Below the pieces are notes generated by a model. That model saw only the letters and a program-made list of their open reading frames with translations. It did no database searches and had not been told where the DNA came from. From Candidatus Eiseniibacteriota bacterium (GTDB lineage Bacteria > Joyebacterota > Joyebacteria > Joyebacterales > Joyebacteraceae), in contig JBDRIO010000009.1 of the NCBI GenBank assembly GCA_043815815.1, positions 75,293 through 139,292 on the forward strand: a stretch of 64,000 nt of DNA. Reading direction: 5' to 3'. How positions within the stretch are numbered: position 1 is the first letter of the stretch; each line of letters starts with the position of its first letter. The position numbers and the translations under genes were made by a program. This document shows positions 36,025 to 45,277 of this stretch, piece after piece.

Positions 36025-37236
36025 TCACGCGCCCTCGTAGACCGAGCGGATGAGGGCCTCGCGGGCCCGCGAGAGCTCCACGCCGCGGCGCGCCATGACG
36101 CGGCGCGCGGTGTCGATGGCCCTCTCCCGGTCGTACCGCACGAAGCCTCCAGACGTACCCCACGAGAAGGACGGGATCGACTTCGGGGGGAACTGCCCCG
36201 GAAACACGTTGCAGAACGCGCCGACGACGGAACCCGTGTTCAGCTTCGTGCCGATCGCTGTCTTCGAGTGATCGCCTATCACGGCTCCGACTGAGAGCGA
36301 GCCCGTCTCCACGACCGAGCCCCCGATCTCGACGCGGACCTTCGCGTAGTCGTTCCTGAGGTCGGACGTGTCCGTGCCCGCTCCGAGGTTGACCCAGCTC
36401 CCCACGAACGAGTTCCCCAGATAGCCGTCGTGCTGCTTGTTGGAGTGTGACTGCAGTACCGACGCGCTCACCTCACCTCCCACCTTGCAGACCGGTCCCA
36501 CCGACGTGCCGCCGGAGAGTCGGGCTCCGGGCTTGACCAGCGAGCCGTCGCCGATCGAGACCGGACCGGTGATCACGGCGTTCGGCATGATCCGGACATC
36601 GCGTCCGATCAGCACGTCGCCGGCCGACGCGTCCAGAACAACGCCCGGCCCCACCGCGCTCCCCTGACCGACCGTGACACCCTCGGGGCTGATCAGGCAC
36701 GCCCTCTCGTGAAGCTCGCCCCTCACCTCTCCGCGCCCATCCACGAGCCGCGCATCGAGCGCGATCTCAGACGCGGTCTCTGCGACGAGGTCCCACGGAT
36801 AGCGGACCGTTCGCGGCGAGACGCCCTTCGCCACGGGGAGCCCCAGCGAGGCGAGGTCGGGAGAGCCTCGGGAGCCGGCCAGCGCCCTCGCCCCCGAGGT
36901 CACGTAGGCGCCGACCACGCGCTCGCCGTCGCGAAGCAGGGAGTCGGCGCTCAGGTCGCCCAGACGATCGAGAAGCTCATCGTCGACGACCGTGGTCGCG
37001 GAGAGCAGTACGGTCGGCCCGTCGTCGAGAGAGTCGACGCCTCTCCCGGGATGCTCCAGGGCCACGACGTCCCTCAGTCCGGGTCTCGCCACGAGAGCCA
37101 CCCGCCAATCGGGTCGCCCCCTCTCGAGCTTCTCGAGCAGAGTGAAGCGGCCGCACCTCAGGTCGAAGGCGGGGCGCAGCAGGGTGAGCGGACCGAACGT
37201 CCTCTCGCTCCCATCCTCGTACAGGACTACCTGCAT
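36025..37236 (-). CDS. Putative sugar nucleotidyltransferase with left-handed beta-helix (GlmU-like, TIGR03991-type)
   Basis: 'MQVVLYEDGSERTFGPLTLLRPAFDLRCG' N-terminus. C-terminal hexapeptide repeats ('VIGDHSKTAIGTKLNTGSVVGAFCNV'). Confidence 0.7.
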   Translation of the reverse strand: MQVVLYEDGSERTFGPLTLLRPAFDLRCGRFTLLEKLERGRPDWRVALVARPGLRDVVALEHPGRGVDSLDDGPTVLLSATTVVDDELLDRLGDLSADSLLRDGERVVGAYVTSGARALAGSRGSPDLASLGLPVAKGVSPRTVRYPWDLVAETASEIALDARLVDGRGEVRGELHERACLISPEGVTVGQGSAVGPGVVLDASAGDVLIGRDVRIMPNAVITGPVSIGDGSLVKPGARLSGGTSVGPVCKVGGEVSASVLQSHSNKQHDGYLGNSFVGSWVNLGAGTDTSDLRNDYAKVRVEIGGSVVETGSLSVGAVIGDHSKTAIGTKLNTGSVVGAFCNVFPGQFPPKSIPSFSWGTSGGFVRYDRERAIDTARRVMARRGVELSRAREALIRSVYEGA

Positions 37237-37278
37237 TCGGGTGTCTCCTCTCGGTGTCGCCGGACGCCGGGCCGGGCG

Positions 37279-38235
37279 TCACGAACCCGCGGACAGCTCA
37301 TTGAAGAGCCGGACGTAGCTCTCGTAGCGCCCGGCGTCGACGCTCCCCGCCTCGAGCGCCCCCCTGACGGCGCAGCCGGGTTCCGGTATGTGGTTGCAGC
37401 CCCTGAACCGGCAGCGCGGCGCCAGAGCCTTGAACTCCGGGAACAGGAGGTCGAGATCCTCCGGATGTATCCGCCAGAACCCCAGCTCGCGGAACCCCGG
37501 CGTGTCCGCCACGCGCGAGCCGTTCTCCAGCCGGAAGATGGTGACGTTGGTGGTCGTGTGCTTGCCCTTGCCGGTCTTCTCGCTGACCTCCCGAACGCGG
37601 AGGCCCAGCCCGGGTTCTATCGCGTTCAGGAGCGAGCTCTTCCCCGCTCCGCTGGCCCCCGCGAAGACGGCGAAGGTGCCGCGGAGCTCTCTCTCGAGCG
37701 CGTCGACCCCCGCCCCCTCGGTGGCGGACGTCGGAATGACGGTGTAGCCTGCGTCGCCGTAGACCTTCGCAACGGGCTCCCAGAGCGACTCGTCCACGAG
37801 GTCGATCTTGTTGAGGACCACGATCGACCTGAGGTCCGCGTCTTCCGCGATGACGAGAAAGCGGTCCAGGAGCCGGCGGTTCAGTGGCGGCGAGCCGAGC
37901 GAGGCCACCGCTACGACGCTGTCGGCGTTGGCGACTATGACCTGCTCCTTGTCCCGGCGCGCTCCGGGAAGGAGCCGAGACAGCGTGGTGTCCCTCGCGA
38001 GCCGCCTCTCGATCACGTGGGCGTCTCCCGGCGCTTCGCTGACGATCACGTGGTCGCCGGCGACGAGGACTTTCTCGTCCTTCGTGAGTCCGAGGAACTG
38101 CCGGGCGCGCACGGAGGCGCGAACGACGCGGCCGGACGCCAGAGCCACCTCCCACTCGTCGTGGAAGCACGCGAGCACCTGTCCGCGAACATCACCATCC
38201 GGGATCTGGTCGCGCAGGGGTCTCCTCCGTCTCAT
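37279..38235 (-). CDS. rsgA: Ribosome small-subunit-dependent GTPase RsgA
   Basis: Circularly permuted GTPase: 'VLNKIDLV' precedes 'FAGASGAGKSSLLNA' and 'DTPGFRE'. Zn knuckle 'CRFRGCNHIPEPGCAV'. Confidence 0.9.
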   Translation of the reverse strand: MRRRRPLRDQIPDGDVRGQVLACFHDEWEVALASGRVVRASVRARQFLGLTKDEKVLVAGDHVIVSEAPGDAHVIERRLARDTTLSRLLPGARRDKEQVIVANADSVVAVASLGSPPLNRRLLDRFLVIAEDADLRSIVVLNKIDLVDESLWEPVAKVYGDAGYTVIPTSATEGAGVDALERELRGTFAVFAGASGAGKSSLLNAIEPGLGLRVREVSEKTGKGKHTTTNVTIFRLENGSRVADTPGFRELGFWRIHPEDLDLLFPEFKALAPRCRFRGCNHIPEPGCAVRGALEAGSVDAGRYESYVRLFNELSAGS

Positions 38236-38281
38236 GCGCCCGGCGCGGAGGTCTCATCCGCGCCTACATGGGGCGCCGGAA

Positions 38282-41200
38282 CTAGTTCGAGTCGTTTTCG
38301 AGGTCTCGACAGATCTGTTCGACGACCTTGAGTTCCCGGCTCGGATGCTGCTCGCCGGCGACGTCCAGCTTCCCGAATCGCGCGCGCGCGTCGTCCACGA
38401 TGGAGAAGAGCGCAGGAATGACGAAGAGTGTTAAGACCGTCGCGAACGCGAGTCCCCAGGCGAGCGAAGCGGCCATCGGTCCCCAGGTGATCGACACGCC
38501 GCCCCAGCCGAGAGCGAGCGGCAGAACTCCCAGGATCGTGGTGATCGACGTCAACAGGATGGGCCGCAGCCGCATGCATCCGGCCTGGACGATCGACTCC
38601 CACCTGGACTCGCCGGCGGCGCGCGCCTTCTTGATGAAGTCGACGAGCACGATGGAGTCGTTCACGACGACGCCCGCGAGCGCGACGATGGCGACGCCTG
38701 CGTTCAGGGTGAACGGATACCGCATGATGACGAGACCGATGACGACGCCGATGAACGCGAACGGCACCGTGAACATGACGATCAGGGGCTGGATGAACGA
38801 CTGGAACTCCGTCCCGAGTATCAGATAGATGAGCAGGATCGCGACGCCGAACGCCAGGAGGAGAGACGTGAACGACTCCTGTGTCTCCTCGTACTCGCCC
38901 CCGAAGTCCAGCCTGTATCCGGGATACCTCTCGGGGACGTCTGCGAAGCTCTGCCGCAGGACCCCGTTGACCTCGGTGGACGTTGTGCCCCCCGTGACGC
39001 CCGCGGTCACAGTTACGACGCGGTCCCCGTTCCTTCTGTGAAGCTCGGCAGGGGCCTCGGCCACGGAGAACTCGGCGACGTTCCCGAGCGCCACGAGCCG
39101 ACCGGAGGGCGTCGAGAGCCGAAGGCCGCGAAGGTCGTCCAGGCTCCTCCGGTCCGACTCCTCCAGCCGGACGACGACTTCGATCTCGTCGTCGCCGCTC
39201 CCCCGGTACTTGGTGGCCTCCACGCCCTCGAAGGCCGAACGCACGGCCACTGCGATGTCGAGCGCCGAGAGGCCGTAGAGCGCCGCCTCCTCAGGTATGA
39301 TCGACGCTCGAAGCTCCGACTTGCCGGGAGTCATGTCGTCATCGATGTCGACGACGCCGTCGATGGTCGCGAGCCCCGCCTTCATCTCGTCCGCGATCCT
39401 GCGAAGCACGTCCGGGTCTTCGCCCTTGACCCTGACCTCGACCGGACGCCCCGACGGCGGGCCCTGCTGCGGGCGAGAGAGCGAGAGGAACGTCAGACCG
39501 GCCACCTCCGCCGAGATGCGCTCGCGCACTGCCTGCATGATCTGGTCGTCCGACCGCTCCCTGAGCTCGTGGTCGGTCAGGTCGACGTTGAACTGCATGT
39601 TGTGGGAAGCCAGGTCCCCCCGGTAGTTCCGGATCATGAAACCGACGCGCGTGACGACCGCATCGATCTCGTCCTCCGGCATCTCGAACAGGATGCCCTC
39701 GATCTGACGCGCCACGCGGTCTGTGATCTCGAGTCGCGTCCCGACGGGCACCTGCGCCCGGATCTCGATCTGGTCGATGTCCTCCTCCTCGAAGATCATG
39801 ACGTCGAGCGTGAAGACCAGAGCGATCGCGACGACGGCGAAGACCACGACCAGGGACACCGTGCGGTAGCGCCTGCGAAGCGCGAGCCTCAAGAGCCGCT
39901 CGTACCGCCTCGTGAACGAGATGAACTGCGGGTGGCACCTGTTCTGTCTGCGGGCGACGCGCCCGAAGTCCGCCATGTGCGACGGGAGGATGAGGAAGGC
40001 CTCGACGAGCGAGGCCAGGAGCGCGAACGTCACGGTCTTCGGGATGACGCTCATGAACTTGCCCCAGATGCCCGACATGAGGAGGAGCGGAAGGAACGCG
40101 GCGACGGTCGTGAGGACCGCCGCGGTCACGGGCGCCAGGACCTCTTTCGTCCCGAGTATCGCAGCCTCCCGCGGCGGCACGCCGTGCTCCATGTGCCTGT
40201 AGATGTTCTCGATGACGATGATCGCGTCATCGACGAGCATGCCGAGCACGAGGACGAGCGAGAAGAGGGAGATCGTGTTGACGGTGACGCCGGCGGCGTT
40301 CATCAGGATGAACGCCGCGAAGAAACTGAAGGGAATGCCGATCGACGCCAGTATCGCGTTCCGGAGACCGATGAAGACGAAGAGGATGAACGCGACCAGG
40401 ATGATGCCTATGAGTCCGTTGCGCTGGAGGATGCTCAGGACGTCGCGAACCTCGATCGACGTGTCGTTCCGGAGTTCGAAGCTCACGTCCTCCGAGAGAC
40501 GTTCCTCGTACCGGCCGATGACGTCGCGGACGTCGTTGACGACGTTGACGACGCTCCCGTCCCGCTCCTTCATCACCCAGAGCGTGACGCTCCGCTCTCC
40601 GTCGAGACGGGCAGAGGCGAGCCTCTCGGCCAGCGTGTCTCTGACGGCGCCGACGTCGCGGATCCGTATCTGCCTGCCGAACGGGTCCGACGCCACGACG
40701 TGGTTCTCGATGTCGGCCATCGACTCGAACTCGCCGAGCGTGCGGACGATGTACTCGGACTGGCCGAGGTCCAGCGTGCCCGCCGGGACGTTCAGGTTCC
40801 GCGACGTGAGCGACGCCACGACGAGGCCGATCGGGATCCCGTAGGCCTCGAGCCTGTCGGCGTCGACCTCCACCAGGATCTCCCGCTCGCGCTGCCCGAC
40901 GATGTCGACCGACTTCACGTGGTCGACGTCGAGGACCTCCTCCCTCAGATCCTCCGCCACCTCGCGGAGGACGGTGTCGCTGACGGGACCGCCGATGCTG
41001 ACGGAGAGGATGGGGATCACCTCTCCCAGCTTGATGGGAACGACCCTGGGGTCGTCGGCGTCGTCGGGAAGCTCGCCGCGCGCGTTGTCGACGGCGGCCC
41101 GCAGGTCGAGAATCCGCCTGTCGAACTCGTCGTCCGAGAGGCCGGGCTTGAACCTGACGTTCACGATCGAGCGGCTCTCCCCCGACGTGGAGGAGACGTG

Positions 41201-41434
41201 CTCGATGTCCTCCACGGTCTCGATCTCATCCTCGAGGGGCTTCGTGACGAGGGTCTCCATCTCCTGGGGAGACACGCCGGCGTAGAAGACGACCACGACG
41301 GCCTCGTCCATGTTCACGTTGGGGAGCATCTCGGCGGGCATGTTGAAGAACGTGAACGCGCCGATCAGAAGAACGGCGACGAACACGAGGTTCACGAGGA
41401 CGGGCTGTCGAACTGAGAACTCGCCTATGTGCAC
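38282..41434 (-). CDS. RND efflux transporter permease (AcrB/HAE family)
   Basis: 1050 aa with 12-TM RND architecture. 'LVLVLGMLVDDAIIVIENIYRH'. Two large periplasmic loops. Confidence 0.92.
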   Translation of the reverse strand: MHIGEFSVRQPVLVNLVFVAVLLIGAFTFFNMPAEMLPNVNMDEAVVVVFYAGVSPQEMETLVTKPLEDEIETVEDIEHVSSTSGESRSIVNVRFKPGLSDDEFDRRILDLRAAVDNARGELPDDADDPRVVPIKLGEVIPILSVSIGGPVSDTVLREVAEDLREEVLDVDHVKSVDIVGQREREILVEVDADRLEAYGIPIGLVVASLTSRNLNVPAGTLDLGQSEYIVRTLGEFESMADIENHVVASDPFGRQIRIRDVGAVRDTLAERLASARLDGERSVTLWVMKERDGSVVNVVNDVRDVIGRYEERLSEDVSFELRNDTSIEVRDVLSILQRNGLIGIILVAFILFVFIGLRNAILASIGIPFSFFAAFILMNAAGVTVNTISLFSLVLVLGMLVDDAIIVIENIYRHMEHGVPPREAAILGTKEVLAPVTAAVLTTVAAFLPLLLMSGIWGKFMSVIPKTVTFALLASLVEAFLILPSHMADFGRVARRQNRCHPQFISFTRRYERLLRLALRRRYRTVSLVVVFAVVAIALVFTLDVMIFEEEDIDQIEIRAQVPVGTRLEITDRVARQIEGILFEMPEDEIDAVVTRVGFMIRNYRGDLASHNMQFNVDLTDHELRERSDDQIMQAVRERISAEVAGLTFLSLSRPQQGPPSGRPVEVRVKGEDPDVLRRIADEMKAGLATIDGVVDIDDDMTPGKSELRASIIPEEAALYGLSALDIAVAVRSAFEGVEATKYRGSGDDEIEVVVRLEESDRRSLDDLRGLRLSTPSGRLVALGNVAEFSVAEAPAELHRRNGDRVVTVTAGVTGGTTSTEVNGVLRQSFADVPERYPGYRLDFGGEYEETQESFTSLLLAFGVAILLIYLILGTEFQSFIQPLIVMFTVPFAFIGVVIGLVIMRYPFTLNAGVAIVALAGVVVNDSIVLVDFIKKARAAGESRWESIVQAGCMRLRPILLTSITTILGVLPLALGWGGVSITWGPMAASLAWGLAFATVLTLFVIPALFSIVDDARARFGKLDVAGEQHPSRELKVVEQICRDLENDSN

Positions 41435-41435
41435 G

Positions 41436-42515
41436 CTATCTCCCCGGCTGCCTGACGTCGACGAGGGCTCCGTCGGTGAGGCGGTCGTATCCGAACGACA
41501 CCACGCCGTCCCCGGGCTCGAGCCCCGACGTCACGATCACCTCGTCGCCGATGACCCGTCCGAGCCTCACCTTCCTGACGACCGCCACCGAGTCCGCCAC
41601 GACGAAGACCGACAGCTCGCCGAACCTCTCGACGACCCAGTCTCGCTCGATGACGATGACGTCGTCGAACTCCCTGGCCCTGAGCGTCACCTCGGCGACC
41701 ATTCCCGACCTGAGGAGACCCTTGGAGTTGGGCGCCACGACGCGGACGGGATAGGTGCGCGTCAGGTCGTCCGCCTTGGGACCGACGTACTCGACCTCCG
41801 CGCCGAAGGTCTCGCCGGGGTACGCGCGCACCTTGAGCGTCGCGCGGCTTCCGGCCCGAACATCCACGACCTGGTTCTCGTTCAGGCCGACCTCGACCTC
41901 GACCACGTCGTCGTTGACCACGTGCGCCACGGGCGTCCCCACGCCTATGAGATGCCCCACCTTGACGTGAACGAACGCGACGACGCCGTCGATGGGACTC
42001 ACGATCTCCGTGTTGCGGAGCTGGCGACCTGCGGACGACCTGGCCGCCAGGGCGGCCATGTGGCCGGCTCTGGCGGCCTTGGCGCCCCGCTCAACCGCCT
42101 CGTAGTCCGAGTCCGAGACGTCGCCCTTCTTCCAGAGCTCGGACGTGCGTCTGAACGCGGCCTCCGCGTTGTCCAGGTCCGCCTCGGCGAGCAACAGCTG
42201 CGCGTCGGCCTGCCTGACGCCGAGCGCGGCGAGTTCGTCGTCGAGCTTGACGAGCACGTCTCCTTCCCTCACGCGGTCCCCCACCCTGACCGGCACGTCC
42301 CTGACCTGGCCCGAGGCTTCAGAGGACAGCGGGATGTCCAGACGCGCCGCGACCGTGCCCGTGGCGGACACCTCCAGCACGGCCGCCGACGACGCGGCCA
42401 CGTGCACCTCTATGGGTGTTCGGGCCCCGCGCGCTTCGCTCTCCGACGACGCCCCGCCTCGCCCGCCGCATCCGGCGAGCGCGACGACGAGCAGGAGCAC
42501 GAGCATTCGTTTCAT
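41436..42515 (-). CDS. RND efflux periplasmic adaptor (MFP/HlyD family)
   Basis: Lipobox 'LVVALAGCGG'. Barrel-sandwich/hairpin pattern 'ADLDNAEAAFRRTSELWKKGDVS'. A 1-nt gap to the RND gene and a 4-nt overlap with the OMF gene. Confidence 0.88.
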   Translation of the reverse strand: MKRMLVLLLVVALAGCGGRGGASSESEARGARTPIEVHVAASSAAVLEVSATGTVAARLDIPLSSEASGQVRDVPVRVGDRVREGDVLVKLDDELAALGVRQADAQLLLAEADLDNAEAAFRRTSELWKKGDVSDSDYEAVERGAKAARAGHMAALAARSSAGRQLRNTEIVSPIDGVVAFVHVKVGHLIGVGTPVAHVVNDDVVEVEVGLNENQVVDVRAGSRATLKVRAYPGETFGAEVEYVGPKADDLTRTYPVRVVAPNSKGLLRSGMVAEVTLRAREFDDVIVIERDWVVERFGELSVFVVADSVAVVRKVRLGRVIGDEVIVTSGLEPGDGVVSFGYDRLTDGALVDVRQPGR

Positions 42516-43897
42516 CGGTCATCTCCGGTTCGGTCGGCCGTGTCGGTTCCGAGCAGCCGTTCCACCTCGGCCAACGCGGTCAGGCATTCGAAAAGGGCGT
42601 TGACGGCGGCCGCGCTCCCTCTCCCGAAGAGGACTTCGGCGTCGGCCAGTTCCGTGTACGAGGCCATGCCCTGCGAGTACATGTTGCGCACGTTCTTCAC
42701 GAGTTCCGCGGCGTGCTCTCTCTCCAGCCGCGCGGCGTCGAGCGCCTTGAGCGAAGACTCGACCCCGGTCCCCGCGCCCCTCAGTGCGGACACGAGAGCG
42801 CGCTCCCCGTCCTCCTGGCGACGCGCAGCGGCCAGGTACGACCTCTTGCTGCTCTGATAGTCAGAGAGGTTCTTGAAGCTCGTGAAGACCGGAAGGTCGA
42901 GCGCGAGCGTCACGGACCACGCGGTCTCGTCGTCCGGGTCTATGTCGTCGTCGGCCTTCCATCCGTAGGTGCCCGTGGCGTTGAGCGAAGGGAGGAACGC
43001 GCCGCGGGCGATGGCCACGCCCGAACTGGTCACGCGGGTCGCCGCAGAGAGAGCGAGGAAGTCGGGGTTGTCGCGGAGGAGCGTCCGGGCTCTGGCCTCG
43101 GGGAACGAGCGGTCGCCGACCGCGGACGCGTATCGCTCGACGGCCTCGTCCAGCAGCGTCTCGGGCACGGCCTGAAGCGAGTGCTCCTCGTCCAACGGGA
43201 GTCCAAGCACGCTCAGGAGCCGGGTCCTGGCCAGCGAGACAGCGCCCTCGGCGTCCGCGAGCCCGCGCTCCTCGTTGGCGAGCATGACCTGCCAGCGAAG
43301 GAACTCGGCGCGGCCGGCGAGACCCACGTCGCGCCTGCGGCCGGCGGCCTCCGCGTTCCGCCGGGCGGCATCGACGGCGTCCAGCTGGACGGCCAGCAGT
43401 GATTCGGCTCGGAGGACGTCGAAGTACGCCGTCCTGGCGTCGACCACGACCGCCCTCCTGGTCGACTCGTGCGCGTACATCGCGGCGTCCCGGCCTCCGC
43501 TCGCGGCCCCGACCGCTCCCCAGATCTTCCCGCCGTTCCATATCGGCACCTTGAGATAGAACCCGGTCTCGTAGGTCGTCTCGTACAGGAAGGGCTCCAC
43601 CTCGATACCGAACTCCTCCGCGAACCCCAGGGAGGCGTTGGCCCGCCTGTACGTCTCCGAGTCGACTCGCCTCGCCGTCGAGGAGAGGCCGAGCGAGGGG
43701 AAGAGCGAGGCCCGCGCGCCCCGAAGTCCCCACTTCGCGGCCTCGTAGTCCTCGCGCGACGCCTGCAGAGTCAGATTGCGCTCCAGCGCGAGCGCGACGG
43801 CGCGTTCGAGCGTGAGCGCCTCGAGCGCGTTCGCTGCGGCCGGCGGCAGGACCGCCATGAGGACCAGGGTGAGAGCGAAGATCCTTCTCATCGACAT
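42512..43897 (-). CDS. TolC-like outer membrane efflux protein (OMF)
   Basis: ORF open to 44305. ATG 43897 gives signal peptide 'MSMRRIFALTLVLMAVLPPAAANA'. 'LTLERAVALALERNLTLQA' and a second OEP repeat. Confidence 0.85.
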   Translation of the reverse strand: MSMRRIFALTLVLMAVLPPAAANALEALTLERAVALALERNLTLQASREDYEAAKWGLRGARASLFPSLGLSSTARRVDSETYRRANASLGFAEEFGIEVEPFLYETTYETGFYLKVPIWNGGKIWGAVGAASGGRDAAMYAHESTRRAVVVDARTAYFDVLRAESLLAVQLDAVDAARRNAEAAGRRRDVGLAGRAEFLRWQVMLANEERGLADAEGAVSLARTRLLSVLGLPLDEEHSLQAVPETLLDEAVERYASAVGDRSFPEARARTLLRDNPDFLALSAATRVTSSGVAIARGAFLPSLNATGTYGWKADDDIDPDDETAWSVTLALDLPVFTSFKNLSDYQSSKRSYLAAARRQEDGERALVSALRGAGTGVESSLKALDAARLEREHAAELVKNVRNMYSQGMASYTELADAEVLFGRGSAAAVNALFECLTALAEVERLLGTDTADRTGDDR

Positions 43898-44048
43898 CCT
43901 CTGAAGGAGACTTGGACCGAACGAGCGGCGACGGTGGGACGGCGTCGATGTCTGTTCCGCGCTCTTCCTCTTCGCGCTCTTCCTCCGCGGGCTGCGTGTC
44001 GCTCGACTCCGGCGTCGCGCCCTGCTTCCGCGATGCGCGTGTCCCACG

Positions 44049-44077
44049 ATTCTATCCTCCGCGGCGGGCCGCTTCAA
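44049..44077 (-). promoter_or_regulatory. Putative promoter (TTGAAG-17-TAGAAT) of the efflux operon
   Basis: The minus strand reads TTGAAGcggcccgccgcggaggaTAGAAT, about 150 nt upstream of ATG 43897. Confidence 0.5.
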
Positions 44078-44177
44078 GCCCCGCAGACGCGCGGCCGCCA
44101 CTCCCCCCGTGTTCCTCGAAGCGCCTCCGACGACGCCGGTTACGATGCCCGCCGGGACGCCGACCGCGACGGGCGCG

Positions 44178-44963
44178 TCATCCGATGAGGGTCTGCATCT
44201 CGTCCTGGATGAGGCCGTTGCTCGCCACGACGTCGCCGCGGCGGTGGTCCCAGGTCTCGCTCCTGAAGTTCGCGACGCGCCCTCCGGCCTCCTGCACGAT
44301 GACACCCCCGGCGGAGACGTCCCAGATCTTGAGGCCCAGCTCCCAGAAACCGTCCAGCCGACCGCAGGCGACGTACACGAGGTCGAGTTCGGCTGAACCG
44401 CCCCTCCTGATGCCGCGCGCCGACAGAATGAACCGGTTGAGGTTGGCGAGGTTGTTGTCCGACGTCTCGGTCCGGTCGTAGGGGAAGCCCGTGGCGACGA
44501 TCGAGTCGGACAGCGAGTCGGAGTCCGACACGCGTATCGGCGCTCCGTTCAGGGTGGCTCCGCCTCCCGTCTCCGCGGCGAAGAGCTCGTCGCGCAGCGG
44601 GTCGTAGACGACGCCCACGACGGGGAGCCCCCGCTCCTCGAGCGCGACCGCGACCGAGAAGAACGGATAACCGTGCGCGTAGTTGTTCGTGCCATCCAGC
44701 GGGTCCACGATCCAGACGCGGCTCGGCCGGGCGGCTCCGTCAGCCCCCACCTCTCCGGGAGATCCCTCCTCGGCCACGATCGGATCGGCGGGGAACTCGG
44801 CCCGGATCGCGGAGAGGACGATCTCCTCCGACGCCAGGTCCATCTCGGTGACCAGCTCCCTGCGGTTCTTGTGCGCCACGTCCAGCGGCTTCTCGAAGCA
44901 CCTGCGAAGCTCCGCGCCGGCCCGTCTCGCGGCGTCGGCCGCCACCCTGGTCTCGTCCCTCAC
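44178..44963 (-). CDS. Inositol monophosphatase family protein (SuhB-like)
   Basis: ORF open to 45332. GTG 44963 is preceded by GGGAG. 'VWIVDPLDGTNNYAHG' and 'GGSAELDLVYVACGRLDGFWE'. Confidence 0.88.
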   Translation of the reverse strand: MRDETRVAADAARRAGAELRRCFEKPLDVAHKNRRELVTEMDLASEEIVLSAIRAEFPADPIVAEEGSPGEVGADGAARPSRVWIVDPLDGTNNYAHGYPFFSVAVALEERGLPVVGVVYDPLRDELFAAETGGGATLNGAPIRVSDSDSLSDSIVATGFPYDRTETSDNNLANLNRFILSARGIRRGGSAELDLVYVACGRLDGFWELGLKIWDVSAGGVIVQEAGGRVANFRSETWDHRRGDVVASNGLIQDEMQTLIG

Positions 44964-45119
44964 GGAAGCTCCCTTCGTCCGGCGCCCTGGAGAACGCGCT
45001 CCGACCGTTCGTGGCGTACATCCTATAGGCAGCGCCCACGCGCCGCAACGGAAGAAGCCCCGGCCCGCGGGCCCGGGGAGCATTGCCGGCGTGTCGACGG
45101 CGCCATCCCCGTGCCCGCC

Positions 45120-45148
45120 TTGACCCCTGCAACTGCACCGCCTATACT
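45120..45148 (+). promoter_or_regulatory. Putative promoter (TTGACC-17-TATACT) of the M16 peptidase gene
   Basis: The plus strand reads TTGACCcctgcaactgcaccgccTATACT, 130 nt upstream of ATG 45278. Confidence 0.6.
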
Positions 45149-45166
45149 TGGGTCCAAGCAGATGAA

Positions 45167-45208
45167 GGGCCGCCGCCTGGGGGCGAAATCGTGCCCGGGC
45201 GGCGGCCC
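45167..45208 (+). promoter_or_regulatory. 15-bp GC stem-loop inside the M16 leader (attenuator-like), coincident with a 16-codon uORF (45162..45212)
   Basis: GGGCCGCCGCCTGGG / CCCGGGCGGCGGCCC (one G-U pair) with a 12-nt loop. Tail 'ttgagtt'. The uORF ATG at 45162 encodes MKGRRLGAKSCPGGGP. Confidence 0.4.
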
Positions 45209-45277
45209 TTGAGTTCAGCGGCGACGCGGATACCCCCGGTACCGCCCTTCGCGGGGCCATTCGGACAGGGAGGCAAG

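Noticed and set aside
35955-36037. Weak 'echo' of the stop region of the LbH gene (gccgcgcctcac versus gcgccgcctcac). A CGTCACC heptamer is also repeated at the radical-SAM stop (2905-2925).
   Set aside because: The matches are too short and low-complexity (GC-rich) to distinguish from chance by eye, so they are not counted with the three robust echo repeats.
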